Of a stretch of 63,760 nt of DNA, positions 51,352 to 63,760 are shown in pieces. A program made the position numbers and the translations under genes. Location of the stretch: the NCBI GenBank assembly GCA_051294375.1, contig CM119265.1, positions 28,084,665-28,148,424 on the forward strand, written 5' to 3'. Numbering within the stretch: position 1 is the stretch's first letter; every line of letters starts with the position of its first letter. The notes under the pieces were generated by a model. It was not told where the DNA came from, made no database searches, and worked only from the letters and a program-made list of their open reading frames with translations. This DNA is from Paraspadella gotoi. Its lineage: Eukaryota; Animalia; Chaetognatha.

Positions 51352-51952
51352 ATATATATTAATGTAACCTAAAAATATAAAAACCAAGAATAAACGGATT
51401 CTCTTGTCGATGTTTGGTCGTCATTTTCATTCTGTCTTTGCTGTCTAATTCTGTTTTGTCTGTCTTTTCTAAAATGCAAAAAATTCGCGGAACGCATCAA
51501 ATTTTTTGTTTCCTCTTCAAACTTTTCGTCTTCTGAAATTCAATCTAAAACCTAATACATTGAGTGACGCAAGATGATATTAGGAAATGACATTTTTATC
51601 AATTTAGAATGACAGTTTTAATCAGTTATAAATACGATTTTATCCACCGTCTCGCATCCGAGGGAGTTTTTTAATTTTTTCCTTTCTAAGGAAAAAAGTT
51701 TGAAAAGCGAGAAAGGGACAAAAGTTTAACACGTATAATCTAGTAAGAAATATAGGAAAGATTCTTAAAAAAAATAATAGCAAAAAAAATAATATCTTAA
51801 TCGCTTAAAACGAAAACGAATCATGTCTATTCAGTTTTACTAATTTTCTTAAAGGGTAAAAATTAAGAAATACTAATTTTTAATACGTATTGCTAATTAA
51901 GTTTTTTTAAGCTTTCAACATGATATCACAACAAAAGATAACGCTTGTTACA

Positions 51953-51988
51953 GGGCTCGTCCGGGAGTCGAACCGGGGAGCTCGCGCA
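51953..51988 (-). pseudogene. tRNA-Pro 3'-half fragment
   Basis: GGGCTCGTCCGGGAGTCGAACCGGGG matches the acceptor and T arms of the tRNA-Pro genes; the D arm and most of the anticodon arm are absent. Confidence 0.7.
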
Positions 51989-52028
51989 AATTTTGTAATT
52001 TTGTAATTTTCCTACCTCCTAAACTTTT

Positions 52029-52123
<95 letters not shown>

Positions 52124-52665
52124 GAGATAGGTCATTGCCCAGAATGTCCTCCCAGCATAGCAACAGAAGGGGCGGCCCAGGGGAAGCTAGATTATAGTCA
52201 GAGAAGGAGTACCCCATTTTAATGCCCTAAAGTTACTCCTTATGGCTAAAAAAATGATTCCCCATGGGGTAGCCCTGGGGTAGCGTACTGGGGTTGCCCC
52301 CAGGGGCCGACCCGTAGGGCACACCTAGCTCCATACCAAGAGGTTGGGTACTTTTGAAGGATGACATTCTTGCTCTAAAAATATTTACAATTTTATTACA
52401 TCGACTTACAAAGCGTATTTATATCACATTGTAATCATAATTTTTAAGACGAAGTTAGTTTAAAGTCGGAAGACGATCTACGCCTCCGCTTCAAGATGGC
52501 GCGATTGTCAACGTCTCCAAAAAATGGCGCCATTCTCAACGTCTCCAAAAGATGGCGTTGATCGAACAAAAAGTTTTGCGAATTTCCGTCCACAAAGTTT
52601 GTTCGTTTTTGCCGAAGACGAAATAAGTTGAGACGGCGACGAGGAGGAATAGACCGACGGCTGAA

Positions 52666-52832
52666 AGGAATGAGGAAATGAGGAAATGAGGAAATGAGGA
52701 AATGAGGAGATGAGGAAATTATGAAATGAGGAAATGTGGAAATTATGAAATGAGGAAATGAGGAAATGAGAAAATTAGAAAATTAGAAAATGAGGAAATG
52801 AGGAAATGAGGAAATGGAAAAATTAGGAAATG
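52666..52832. repeat. (GAGGAAAT)n octamer array
   Basis: Direct inspection. Confidence 0.9.
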
Positions 52833-53614
52833 GATAAAATTAAAACCATTTACTTGACGTTATTTCTTGTTTTATTTAAATCTAATACTATTTAGATAAA
52901 CCAATATTAGCTAAGTCCTTTACGGTAACAAAAAAACTTACGTAAACAAAATCGAAGAAAAAACTACAACTCTCTGGTCATAAAAACTTCGTTCAGTTGA
53001 TCGAGAGGCTTCCAGGAAAAAAAGCCCAAATTGTCTGCGAAGTCAGCAGAGCACGCGAGAGAGAGAGAGNNNNNNNNNNNNNNNNNNNNNNNNNAGAGAG
53101 AGAGATGAGAGAGGGAAGATGAGAGCACAGAAGGACGTGAGAGAGAGACGCAGAGGCAGAGAGAGAGATGAGTATAAAACACGCCAAAAAACAAAATCTC
53201 ACCGATCGCCATTGTGTTGTACTGCGATCTGTGCCACAATCGCCATGGAGCGTATTTGCAAGCTGTGCCAAGGATGTGCGGTCCCGGCCTTAAGTTGAAA
53301 AATTGTCGGATCACAAGATTTTTTTAAAAAATGATATCGTATAAAATGTAAGACACTAACCTAAAATCTAGTTTTATCTGGTCTGTTCTTTCCGCTTTCT
53401 TATATTTATATTTACCCAGCGAGTCTCTCTGTCTGTTTGTCTGTCTTTCTCTCTCTATCGGGCTAGTCAGCACCGACCTCACTGTCCATCTCTCTCTGCC
53501 TGTAAAAAGTCTAGTAATATTTTTATTTATCTTCTTGGTCTGTCTCGTTCTGAGGATCTAAGTCCGTCTATCCTCATCTGTCAGTCCCATCATCCGTTTC
53601 TCTCTGGAATTTCT

Positions 53615-56280
53615 TTGCTAATCTCGCCTGTCATCTTTCTCATATGTTAATCTCGCTTGTCATCTATCCTTTTTGTTAATCTCGCCTGTCACTTTCCCTT
53701 TGGCTAATCTGCTTCGGTTCATCGATTCTCTTTAATGTTATCTCGCCTGTTCATCGCTTCTCTTTAGTTAATCTCGCCTTTCATCTAATTCCCTTTTGCT
53801 AATCTCACCCTTCATCCTATTCCCTTTAGTTAATCTCGCCTGTCATCGGCCCTTTTGCTAATCTCGCCCTTAGCCATCGCATTCTTCTTTAGTTAATCTC
53901 GCCTGTCATCAATTCCTCTTTAGTAATCTCGACTGTCATCAATTCTCTTTAGTTAATCTCGCCTGTCATCTGTTCCCTTTTCGCTAATCTCGCCTCGTCA
54001 TTTTGTTCTCTTTTGTTAATCTTGCCCTGTTCATTCCATTCTCTTTATTTAATGCCTCCACCGTCATCGATTCCCTTTTCGTTAATCTCGCCTGTCATTG
54101 ATTCCCTTTTTGTTAATCATCGCCTGTCATCGATTCTTTTAGCTAATCTCGCCTATCATCGATTCCTTTGCAATCTCGGCCTATCATCGATTCCCTTTTG
54201 CTAATCTCTGCCTATCCATCTATTCCCTTCTTGCTATCTCGCCTGTCATCGCATTCCCTTTTGCTAATTTCGCCTGTCACCGTAATTCCCTTTGCTAAAT
54301 CTCGCCTATCATCGATTCCCTTTGTGCTAAGCTCGCCTATCATCTAATCCCTTTTTATCTCGCGCCTGTCATCGATTCCCGCTGCGTTTTTTTCGTTAAA
54401 GTGTAGATTCGGCCCATGGACTAATCAGTTTCTTCGCAAGGCTGGTAGAAGGGACTGAGATAGATAGCTATAGATAGATAGATAGATAGAAATCTCCTCT
54501 CTCTTTTGTGTTGTATTGATCGTGCCAACAATCGCATGGGCAGTATTTGCAAGTGTGCCAAGGATTGGGTCCCGGCCTTAAAGTAAAATGTCGGATCACA
54601 AGATTTTTAAAAATGATATCGTATAAAATGTAGACACTAACTAAAATCTAGTTTTATCTGTCTGTCTTTCCGCTTGTCTTTATTATTTATATTTACCAGC
54701 GAGTCTCTCTGTCTGTTTGTCTGTCTTTCTCTCTCTATCGGGCAGTCAGCACGACTCACTGTCCATCTCTCTCTGCCTGTAAGTCTAGTAATATTTTTAT
54801 TTATCTTCTTGTCTGTCCGTCTGAGGATCTAAGTCCGTCTATCCGTCATTCTGTCAGTCCATCTATCCGTTTCTCTCTGTAATTTTTGCTAATCTCGCCT
54901 GTCATCTATTCTCTATTGTTAATCTCGCTTGTCATCTATTCCTTTTTGTTAATCTCGCCTGTCATCTATTCCCTTTTGCTAATCTTGCTTGTCATCGATT
55001 CTCTTTAGTTAATCTCGCCTGTCATCGGTTCTCTTTAGTTAATCTCGCCTGTCATCTATTCCCTTTTGCTAATCTCACCTGTCATCTATTCCCTTTAGTT
55101 AATCTCGAATCTTGGCCTGTCAGTCAAATTCGCTTTATTTAATCCATCAGGGCCCTGTTAAGTTGATTGCCCCTGTGTATGTTAATGCTTCCTGTCATCC
55201 GGATTCCCTTTTGTTAATTGGCGGTCGGCGCCTGGTCATCGGATTTCCTTTTGCTAATCTCGCCTATCGATCAGATTTTCCTTTGACTAATCCTCGCCTA
55301 TCATCTCGCGATTCCCTGTTTGCCTAATCTCCGCCTATCATTTCTATTGCGCTTTTGCTAATCTTCGCCGTGTCATCCGGATTCCTTTGCTGCTATCTCG
55401 CGCTGGTCATGCGATTGCACGCTTTTTGCTAAATCTCGTCTATCATGCGGATTCCCTTCTTGCGAATGCTCTGCTATGCATACTATCCCTTTCGCTAATC
55501 TCGAAGCCTGTCNNNNNNNNNNNNNNNNNNNNNNNNNCCTGTCATCGGCCCTTTTGCTAATCTCGCCCTTAGCCATCGCATTCTTCTTTAGTTAATCTCG
55601 CCTGTCATCAATTCCTCTTTAGTAATCTCGACTGTCATCAATTCTCTTTAGTTAATCTCGCCTGTCATCTGTTCCCTTTTCGCTAATCTCGCCTCGTCAT
55701 TTTGTTCTCTTTTGTTAATCTTGCCCTGTTCATTCCATTCTCTTTATTTAATCCATCCAGGCCGTAAGTTGATTCCCTTGTATGTTAATCTTCCTGTCAT
55801 CGATTCCCTTTTGTTAATGGCATCCGCCTGGTCATCGGATTCCTTTTGCTAATCTCGCCTATCATCGATTTCCTTTGCAATCTCGGCCTATCATTGCGAT
55901 TCCCTGTTTGCTAATCTCTCGCCTATCCATTCTATTGCGCTTCTTGCTATCTTCGCCGTGTCATCCGATTCCTTTCTGCTAATTCTCGCGCTGGTCACGC
56001 GATTGCCCTTTGCTAAATCTCGTCTATCATGCGATTCCCTTTGTGCTGAATGCTCTGCCTATCATACTATCCCTTTTGTATCTCGCGCCTGTCCATCGAT
56101 TCCCGCTGCGTTTTTTTTCGTAACGTTGTAGATGTCGGGCCATGGACTTAATCAGTTTCTCGCAAGGCTCGGTAGAAGGGACTGAGATAGATAGCAAGAG
56201 TAAAGATAATAGATTAGATAGATAGATAGAAATCTCCTCTCTCTTTTCCCTTTTGCTAATCTCGCCTGTCATCGATTCCC
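53615..56280. repeat. 30-bp minisatellite (CTAATCTCGCCTGTCATCGATTCCCTTTTG)n within a locally duplicated ~1.3 kb block
   Basis: Arrays at ~53615-54380, 54885-55512 and 55538-56100; flanking block 53200-53610 is duplicated at 54505-54880. Confidence 0.9.
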
Positions 56281-56351
56281 GCTGCGTTTTTTCGTAAAGT
56301 GTAGATGTCGGCCCATGGACTAATCAGTTTCTCGAAGCTGGTAGAAGGGAC
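56280..56351 (-). CDS. candidate exon 2 of RCC2-like fragment ([21 protein letters not shown])
   Basis: (TATC)n + TCAG acceptor, phase 1; runs directly into the 30-bp repeat and a TAG. Confidence 0.3.
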
Positions 56352-56353
56352 TG

Positions 56354-56436
<83 letters not shown>

Positions 56437-56441
56437 GAGAC

Positions 56442-56492
<51 letters not shown>

Positions 56493-57009
56493 GAAAGAGC
56501 GATAGAGAGAGAGAGACACCTGTGAGATAATTTTAGGAACGAAAAGCTAATGACATTGTTAATGAAAAACGACAAATGACGACGACGACGNNNNNNNNNN
56601 CGACGACGATAATAATATCATTGAAGACGCAAAAATAAAAATAGGAATACAAATTAAGAGAAAAGTTTAGTTTCGTTTTCGTCTGCTAATGACTTTTTTT
56701 TTCTAACTTTTTTTACGGAAAACAAATTATTTTTTACTTAAAAAATAGTAAATACCTAAAAATCTTGCCTTAATATATGTTTTAATAAATATATCTCATA
56801 GTTTTTTTAAAAAAATAGTTTAGTCTTTCTGTACATTTCAGCATTTGTGGCAAAGCTAACTAAATGTATTCATGTTATACAGCTTTATGTTTCTAATCTT
56901 TTCTCTACTTAACTGATTACAAAATCCCGTCTCTTAGTCAACTTATTACTCAATTTATATATCTCACTATGTCTACATATTTTAACAAACAACTCCCTCT
57001 CTTTCATAC

Positions 57010-57143
57010 CCCCTCAGGGCCCTCACCCCCTCAACTTTCCCCAGCCGCACAACATCAACCGACCGGTGTAAGACTCGTCTTTCTCCATCAACTTTTCTCT
57101 ATTTCGTCCAGGGATAAAAGGTGGCGCTTTTCCCTCTCGCCAT
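57010..57143 (-). CDS. candidate first exon, RCC2-like N-terminus (consensus MARGKAPFLPDEIEKLMEKDESYTGRLMLCGxGKWD)
   Basis: AAAATGGCG start context and G|GTATGA donor; consensus with the second copy at ~60240-60370; resembles the RCC2 GxLLxxGxxxWD motif (recalled, not searched). Confidence 0.35.
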
Positions 57144-57989
57144 TTTCGGCGTCTGCCGATCGGGGGAAAAAATGCTTAATTTATAAATGATTAATGAATG
57201 GTGATGTTTAATAATAATAGATAAAATTTTAAAAAAAAGATAATGATAATGATTAATGAATGGTAAAGTTTAATAATAATAGATGAAATTTAAACAAAAG
57301 GGGCGTTAAGTCGCGGTGCACAGTCTCGTGGAAAATTTTATTCANNNNNNNNNNNNNNNNNNNNNNNNNTAATGGAGAATGAGAGAGAAGAGAGAGAAGA
57401 GAGAGAGGGGTTAGAAGAGAAGAAATACGCGAAGAGAGAGCGAGAGTTGAAAGAGAAAGGGGCCGAGACCCAGCAATCCGGGAGACGGACAGATCTGACC
57501 ACCATACATCCGCACCCGATTGACAAGGCGAATCCGACGCGACAAAGACACTCTTTATTCATTCTCCGCTCTCTCTCTTTCTCTCCTCTCTATATATATA
57601 TACAAACAAGACAACGATTTAGATTCTAGTGTGAATCACTGCTTAGACTGTTCATACTACTTTCTTTAGCAAAGTTTCTACTTACGTTTTTTCACTGAAG
57701 ATTTAATCAACGATTTCATTGTAATTTGATTTCTCCTTCGACATAATTGCATTCATTCATTTAGCGATTTGACGATTTTCTATCAGATTTTGCCTGTTTT
57801 CTACATTTTTTTTACATTTTTTCCTTTTTCATTTTCGCGTTATTTCTTCTGAACTTTCGAGCTTCAGCTTAACACATTATAAAACGTTTGGGATAATTTG
57901 TGCGTCAGATAAGTTGCGACCAAAGTGGTACCATCTTCACCTCAAGAGGTGGAGGAGCGCGGAGCGTTCTCTACAGAGTTAGAGAGATG

Positions 57990-60570
57990 ATAGAGAGAGT
58001 TAGAGAGAGAGAGAGAGAGAGAGTATAACGCGCAGAGAGTGGAGAGTCTGCACCGATGACTGTGTGTGTATTGATGCGTGCCAACATAGAGGCAATAGGA
58101 GAGATATATATGAGCAAGTGTGCCAAAGGATTGGGATCCCGGCATTAAAGTAAAAATGTCGGATCGTAACAAGGATCTTTTCAAAAAAATGATATCCGTA
58201 TTAGAGGAGTGAGACACTAACTAATGCTAGTTTTTACTGCTCTGTCCTTTCCGGCTTTGTCTTTATTATCTTATATTCATCATATATATATATATATCAG
58301 GAGCAGATCAGGACTCCACTGTCCAGGCGTCTCTCTGCCTGTAACGTCTAGTAATATTTTTTATTTAATCTTCTTGTCCTGTCCGTCTGAGGACTCTAAG
58401 TCCGTCTTATCCGTCATTGCGTGCAGGTGCCGGAGTGGCAGCGTTTCTCTTTCTGTAATTTTTGCTCTAAATGCCTCGGCCTGTCATACTATTCTCTTTT
58501 GTTAATGCTCGCTTGTCATCTATTAATATAATAATAGCCCTGTCATCCTATTCCCCTTTATGCTTAATCTTTGAGCTTGTCCATCGGATTCTCCTTTAGT
58601 TATATCTCGGGCACATAGATATAATCAGGAATATATTATATAGATATATATACAGCCTGTCATCGTAATTCGCCTTCTTTGCTAATCTTAACCTGTCAAT
58701 CTATTCCCTTTAAGTTAATCCCTCGTCGGCCTAGTCATACGGGTCCACATTTTGCTAATCACTAGCCATGCAATCGATTCTCCATTAGTTAATCTCGCCT
58801 GTCATCAATTCTATATATATCAGACGTCCTCAATTCTCTTTAGTTAAATCTCGCCTGTCATGCTGGTGCGCCCTTTTGCTAATCCTCGCCTGTCATTTAT
58901 TCTCTTTTGTTAATCTTGCCTGTCATCAATTCCGCTTTTATTGTAATCTCACCTGTCTCATTCTTTTGTTAATCTCAGGCCTAGTCATCGATATACTTTT
59001 GTTAATCTGCCTGTCAACTCAATCTCCTGCTTTTTAGTTAAATCGCGCCTTTCATGCTGTTCCGCGTCTTTGCGTAATCTGGCCTGTGCATTTATGTCGC
59101 TGCTTTTAATCTTGCCTGTCGTCAATTCCTTTTATTTAATCTCGACCTGTTATTTGATTCCCTATTTGTTAATGCTCGCGCTGTCATCCGATTCCGACTT
59201 TTTGTGTTATTCATTCGCCTGTCATCGATTCCTTTTTGGATCTTCCGCCTAATCATGCGATTTGCGTGTGTGCGTGAGATCTTGCGCCTATCCAATGCGA
59301 TTTCCCTTTTGCTGGAGGAGTGCGTCGCCTATCATGCGTATTCCCAGTTTTGCTAATCTCGCGCTGTCTCTAAACTGCAGATTCGCCCTTTTGCTAATGC
59401 TCATCGCTGTCTCGTTCCCTTTTGCTATCTCAGTTATCTGTATCCTTATGCATATTCGCCTTCATCATTCCTTTCGAGCTTCTCGGGCCTGGTCGATTCG
59501 CTGCGATTTTTTTTGTAAAGTGTAAAGATGTCGGCCCATGGATACTAAAATAGTTTCTCGATAGGCATGGTAGAAGGACTGAGATAGTTAGATATAGATA
59601 GATAGATAGAGATAGATCTAGATAAGATAGATAATAGAAGAATGACTAGGAAGAAGAGAGAGAGTAGGAGAGAGAGAGAGAGGAAGAGAGAGGAGAGGGA
59701 GAGAGAGAAAGAGCGATAGAGAGAGAGAGACACCTGTGAGATAATTTAGGAACAAAAGCTTAATGACATTGTTAATGAAAAAACGACAATGAACGACGAC
59801 GAACGACAGACACGACGACGACTGAAAAAATCATTTGAACACGCAAAACAAATAAAAATAGGAATACAAATTAGAAGAGAAAAGTTTAGTTCGTTTTGTC
59901 TGCTAATGACTTTTTTTTCTAACATTTTTTTAAACGGAAAACAATTTTTTTATTACTTAAAATAAAGTAAATTACCTAAAAACTCTTCGCTCTAAAGTAT
60001 ATTGTGTTTAATAAATATACTCCATAGTTTTTAAAGAAATAGTTTAAGTACTTTATCTGTACACTTTCAGCATTTGTGGCAAAGCCAACTAAATGTATTC
60101 ATGTTTATAGCAGCTATTAATGTTTCACTATTGTCTCCTATGCTTTAACTGATTGACAAATGCCCGTCTCTTAAGCAACTGATTAGCTCAATTTAATATC
60201 TCACAGTTTACATATTTAACAACACTCCCGCTCTTTCATACCACCACTCAGCCCTCATCCCCACTTTCCCAGTCCGCACAACATCAACCGCCGTAGGTGT
60301 AAGACTGTCTTTCTCCATCAACTTTCTCTAATTTCGTCAGGGAGAAAGGGGCGCTTTCACCTCTCGCCATTTCGGCCGTCTTCGCCGATCGAGGGAAAAA
60401 AATGCTCAATTTATAAATGATTATATGAATGGTATGTGTAGTCGGGCATTGCCTAAGGTTAAAATAATAGATAAATTTAAAAAACTGAATAATCGATAAT
60501 TGATAATGATTAATGAATGGTAAAGTTTAATAATAATAGATAAAATTTAAACAAAAGGGGCGTTAACCTA
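57990..60570. repeat. noisy duplicate of ~54500-57310
   Basis: Same order of landmarks: 30-mer array, GACACCTGTGAGATAATTT, CAGCATTTGTGGCAAAGC and AAACAAAAGGGGCGTTAA. Confidence 0.85.
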
Positions 60571-61297
60571 ATGTTGAAATTATGACAGTAAAAATAATTC
60601 TAATTGCCTGAAGCTTTTATTATGAATTAGTACAACCAATATAAAATTATCCATTCATTTAATAAATAAACTATCTTGCCCCTGCCTTTGGAAAGGCTTT
60701 GCTGGTTTAAAGCGTCACATGGGAACCCGCAAGCTTTCAATCAAGACTCTCAAACTCAAGTTTATTCACTCCCAGATTTCAAAGAATGTTATTTTATATT
60801 ATTTTATAATATATTATTTTACTTAATATTGGATGACTTCATTTCGTCGTGAAGAAATTCAATTTCGTTCTAAAATAAAATTAAAAGAAAATTAGAGAAA
60901 ATACAAGAATTACATTTTTTTATTAGTCTCTTATTTAGTACTTTGTAAACGAAATAGTTTTAGTTACTAGTATTTACCTTCTCATTAAAAGTTTNNNNNN
61001 NNNNNNNNNNNNNNNNNNNNNNNNNNNNNNNNNNNNNNNNNNNNNNNNNNNNNNNNNNNNNNNNNNNNNNNNNNNNNNNNNNNNNNNNNNNNNNNNNNNN
61101 NNNNNNNNNNNNNNNNNNNNNNNNNNNNNNNNNNNNNNNNNNNNNNNNNNNNNNNNNNNNNNNNNNNNNNNNNNNNNNNNNNNNNNNNNNNNNNNNNNNN
61201 NNNNNNNNNNNNNNNNNNNNNNNNNNNNNNNNNNNNNNNNNNNNNNNNNNNNNNNNNNNNNNNNNNNNNNNNNNNNNNNNNNNNNNNNNNNNNNNNN

Positions 61298-61485
61298 CCC
61301 CTTCCTCTCTCTCTCTAACCAGCAACTGTTTCTCTCTCAATTTCATCTCCTCTTCTCTCTTCTCGTGCTCTCTCTTCAAAGTCGTCAGCTCATGTATTTC
61401 CTTCAAATTCTGAACTTCCTTCAGCGATTGCACGGATTGCAATGACTGCAATGATTGCGTGGAATCCGCTTTGCGCTCCTTCCGC
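61298..61485 (-). CDS. coiled-coil-like exon (RKERKADSTQSLQSLQSVQSLKEVQNLKEIHELTTLKREHEKREEEMKLREKQLLVRERE)
   Basis: (CTA)n-CCATCAG acceptor, stop-free up to the gap. Confidence 0.6.
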
Positions 61486-62914
61486 CTGATGGTAGTAGTA
61501 GTAATAGTACAGAACATTTGATTGTATTTCAATTGTAATATCACAACTGAATGAAAAAAAAGAAAAGGACTAATTCACTCATAACTTACAGAAATTAAAT
61601 TTCAATGACAGAAAAAAAGTAAGAAAAAAAAAAGAAAAGAAATAGAAAAAAAAGTATTAGGAAAAGAAAAGAAAGAAAAAGGAAAAAGAAAAAGCATAAA
61701 TTAAAAAATGAAGAAAGCAAAAAGAAAGACAATATTAGTCATTAATTGTCATTGTGTTGTAGAAAAAGTGTGTTATTTGAGCGTGGGAATATTTACAGCT
61801 CGATGGAATTAGAAGTGCCTACAATGAAGACTTGAGAAAATTAAAATCAAAACAACAACAACAAACAAATGTCTCAAAATAAATCCGTTTGTTTGCTATA
61901 ATTCAAACTTTTTTCTCAATTGCCAAACGACACATAAGAGTGTTACAGTTAACATTCTTTTTTGTATTTTTCTTATAATATTGTTTTGTACCAATTTCAT
62001 TTCATAAAAAATTATAATCATTTGGATCAAAATAAAGAGAGACAGACAGAGAGAGCATGAGAGAGAGATGAGTTAGATATTACATATTCAGATATATATA
62101 TATTCATGATATAAAAATAGAAAAGAGAGAACAGAGTGTTTAGACAAAGACGAGAGAGAAAGAAAGTTGAGAGCAGATGATAATAAAAATAGAAAAAAAA
62201 AATTTAGGATGTGAGAAAGATGATTAGACGATACAAGGAGAGATAAAAGAGAGAGAGCAGATAGAGAGAGAAAAGCAGAGAGAAAGAGATGACAGAGATT
62301 CAGGCAGAGAGACAGAGATTATCATGGAAAATTAAAACAAGGTACAGAGAGAGCGTAGAAAGAGAGGACAAAGAGATGAAGTTGAGAGCAAGCTAAAAAT
62401 AGAAAAAAAAAATAATAGAGTGAGAACAGAGATTAAGAGATACAAAAGAGAGATTATAAGATGAGAGAGACGACTTTACGAGAGAGAGACAAGAGAGAAA
62501 GAGACGACCGAGACAGAGAGAGAAGATATACATGAAAATTAAAAAAATGGAGAGAGATGGTTAGAAAGAGGAGACAAAGAGAGAATAGTGAGAGACGAGA
62601 TAAAAATAGAAAAAAAAAGAAATAGAGTGCAGAAAAAGATGAGAGATACAGATTGAAAGAGACGAGAGAGAGAGAGAGAGAGAGATAGATTAGAAAGAGA
62701 GCAGAGGAGGACGAGACTGAAGAGAGAGAGGAGAGATGAATAATAGAAAAATAAAAAGAGAGAGGTGTAGACCCAGAGGAGAGACGAGAATTATAAAATA
62801 GAGGGATTTAGGAATGAATCTTAAAATGCAAATAAACTTATTTTTATTTTTAAATTAGGCATTTGTTAAGGTTCGTATGTTTTTAGTTAAAAATATTATT
62901 TTATAACAAGGACT

Positions 62915-63203
62915 TATGCTCATGAATTGATGATTCAGGGCGCCGAGGATAGGGCTTTCAAAACGTCAATCCCCATCAAAAATAGACGGCGGCGGTATTC
63001 GCCCGCTGTGGATAAAGGCAGAAGGCTTCAACCCTAGTAATCCCCGAGTGAAACAATAGTGGTAGGATTCCCAAAACAGAGCCGGAAAAAAAGACAGTTT
63101 TCCGTGAACAGGAAAGACGGCGCAGTTGAAACTGTCCCCTCTTATAGCCAGTTTCAACAACTGCGCGCCCTTATCTTGGACCGGCGTCATACTTGAAAGA
63201 GCA
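62915..63203 (-). CDS. probable exon of the same minus-strand gene (frame uncertain)
   Basis: CTCTGCTCTCAG acceptor, GC-elevated non-repetitive sequence, ORF 62966-63190. Confidence 0.4.
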
Positions 63204-63260
63204 CTGAGAGCAGAGTGAGAGAGTAGAAACTGAGCNNNNNNNNNNNNNNNNNNNNNNNNN

Positions 63261-63343
63261 CACTTGTCAGTAATGCGCTTGATGGCAGATGCTTTCTGCC
63301 GACGTTTTTTCTTGTCCAGAGAAATCTGCGAATCCGATTCGTC
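63261..63343 (-). CDS. exon fragment (DESDSQISLDKKKRRQKASAIKRITDK)
   Basis: TCTCTTCTTGATTTCAG acceptor, open up to the gap. Confidence 0.5.
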
Positions 63344-63760
63344 CTGAAATCAAGAAGAGATAATTGGTTAATGATAGAAAATGGATAACGGGTTATTGGT
63401 TAAAGGGCATATAAATATGCATTGTGCATGAACATTGGATCAAATATTAAATTTAACTGGTTAGTTTCTTTTTTTTTTCTTCACAGGTGGTAAATCCGTT
63501 AAAAATTTTTTTAAAAAATTTACTAAATACATCGCTATGTACTAACCAAAATAAATTTGTTGGCAAAAATATTATTTAATGATAATATTTTTAATATGTT
63601 TTTAATCGTTTGATTTTAGTTTAAAACTATGAAAAGTATGTTTAGAAAGTAGAGATGAAATCAAATTTTACAGCAACTTGATTATCTGCAACCAAATTAT
63701 TTAAGTTTGTTTGTATTCAATCGGTTTTTAAACTAACAGATCCTTTTGATGACGAAGACG

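Noticed and set aside
52140-52372. Possible MITE (AGAATGTC...GACATTCT) with internal CCC.GGGG palindromes
   Set aside because: The inverted match is only about 8 bp and there is no second copy in the window.
53615-56280. TAA/TAG reassignment (ciliate-type code) suggested by KGIDDRRD*Q repeats
   Set aside because: One unit variant gives an in-frame TGA (AATCTCACC in two copies), many variants are non-synonymous, and the 337-codon exon B has no TAA or TAG.
53615-59500. CRISPR-like 30-bp repeats
   Set aside because: Units are directly adjacent with no unique spacers, there are no cas genes, and the context is eukaryotic.

Overview
Repeat-rich, AT-rich eukaryotic DNA, probably from an invertebrate; the taxon cannot be fixed from the sequence. 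It has spliceosomal GT-AG introns, (GA)n/(ATTG)n/(GAC)n microsatellites and many N gaps, several exactly 25 nt long. The dominant structure (about 9.2-37.8 kb) is a ~6.5-8 kb unit present about four times plus fragments, at very different indel rates, so much of the copy number may come from gap-filling with noisy long reads. Each unit holds a multi-exon plus-strand gene whose splice phases can be reconciled by hand. Its introns carry four antisense tRNA-Pro genes (CGG, TGG, AGG and a stem-mismatched CGG), i.e. the standard eukaryotic Pro isoacceptor set. Outside it are two 5'-truncated Penelope-like (GIY-YIG) elements, each bracketed by inverted arms with minimal hammerhead ribozyme motifs, and a BEL/Pao integrase/PPT/LTR remnant. 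Also present: an RLE-type non-LTR retrotransposon fragment inside ~230-bp inverted repeats, a MITE with telomere-like internal repeats, a dispersed ~230-bp unclassified repeat, several minisatellites, a possible RCC2-like 5' gene fragment, and exons of a minus-strand gene at the right end. Most ORFs in the supplied track are low-complexity artefacts. All family assignments come from manual motif recognition, not database searches.
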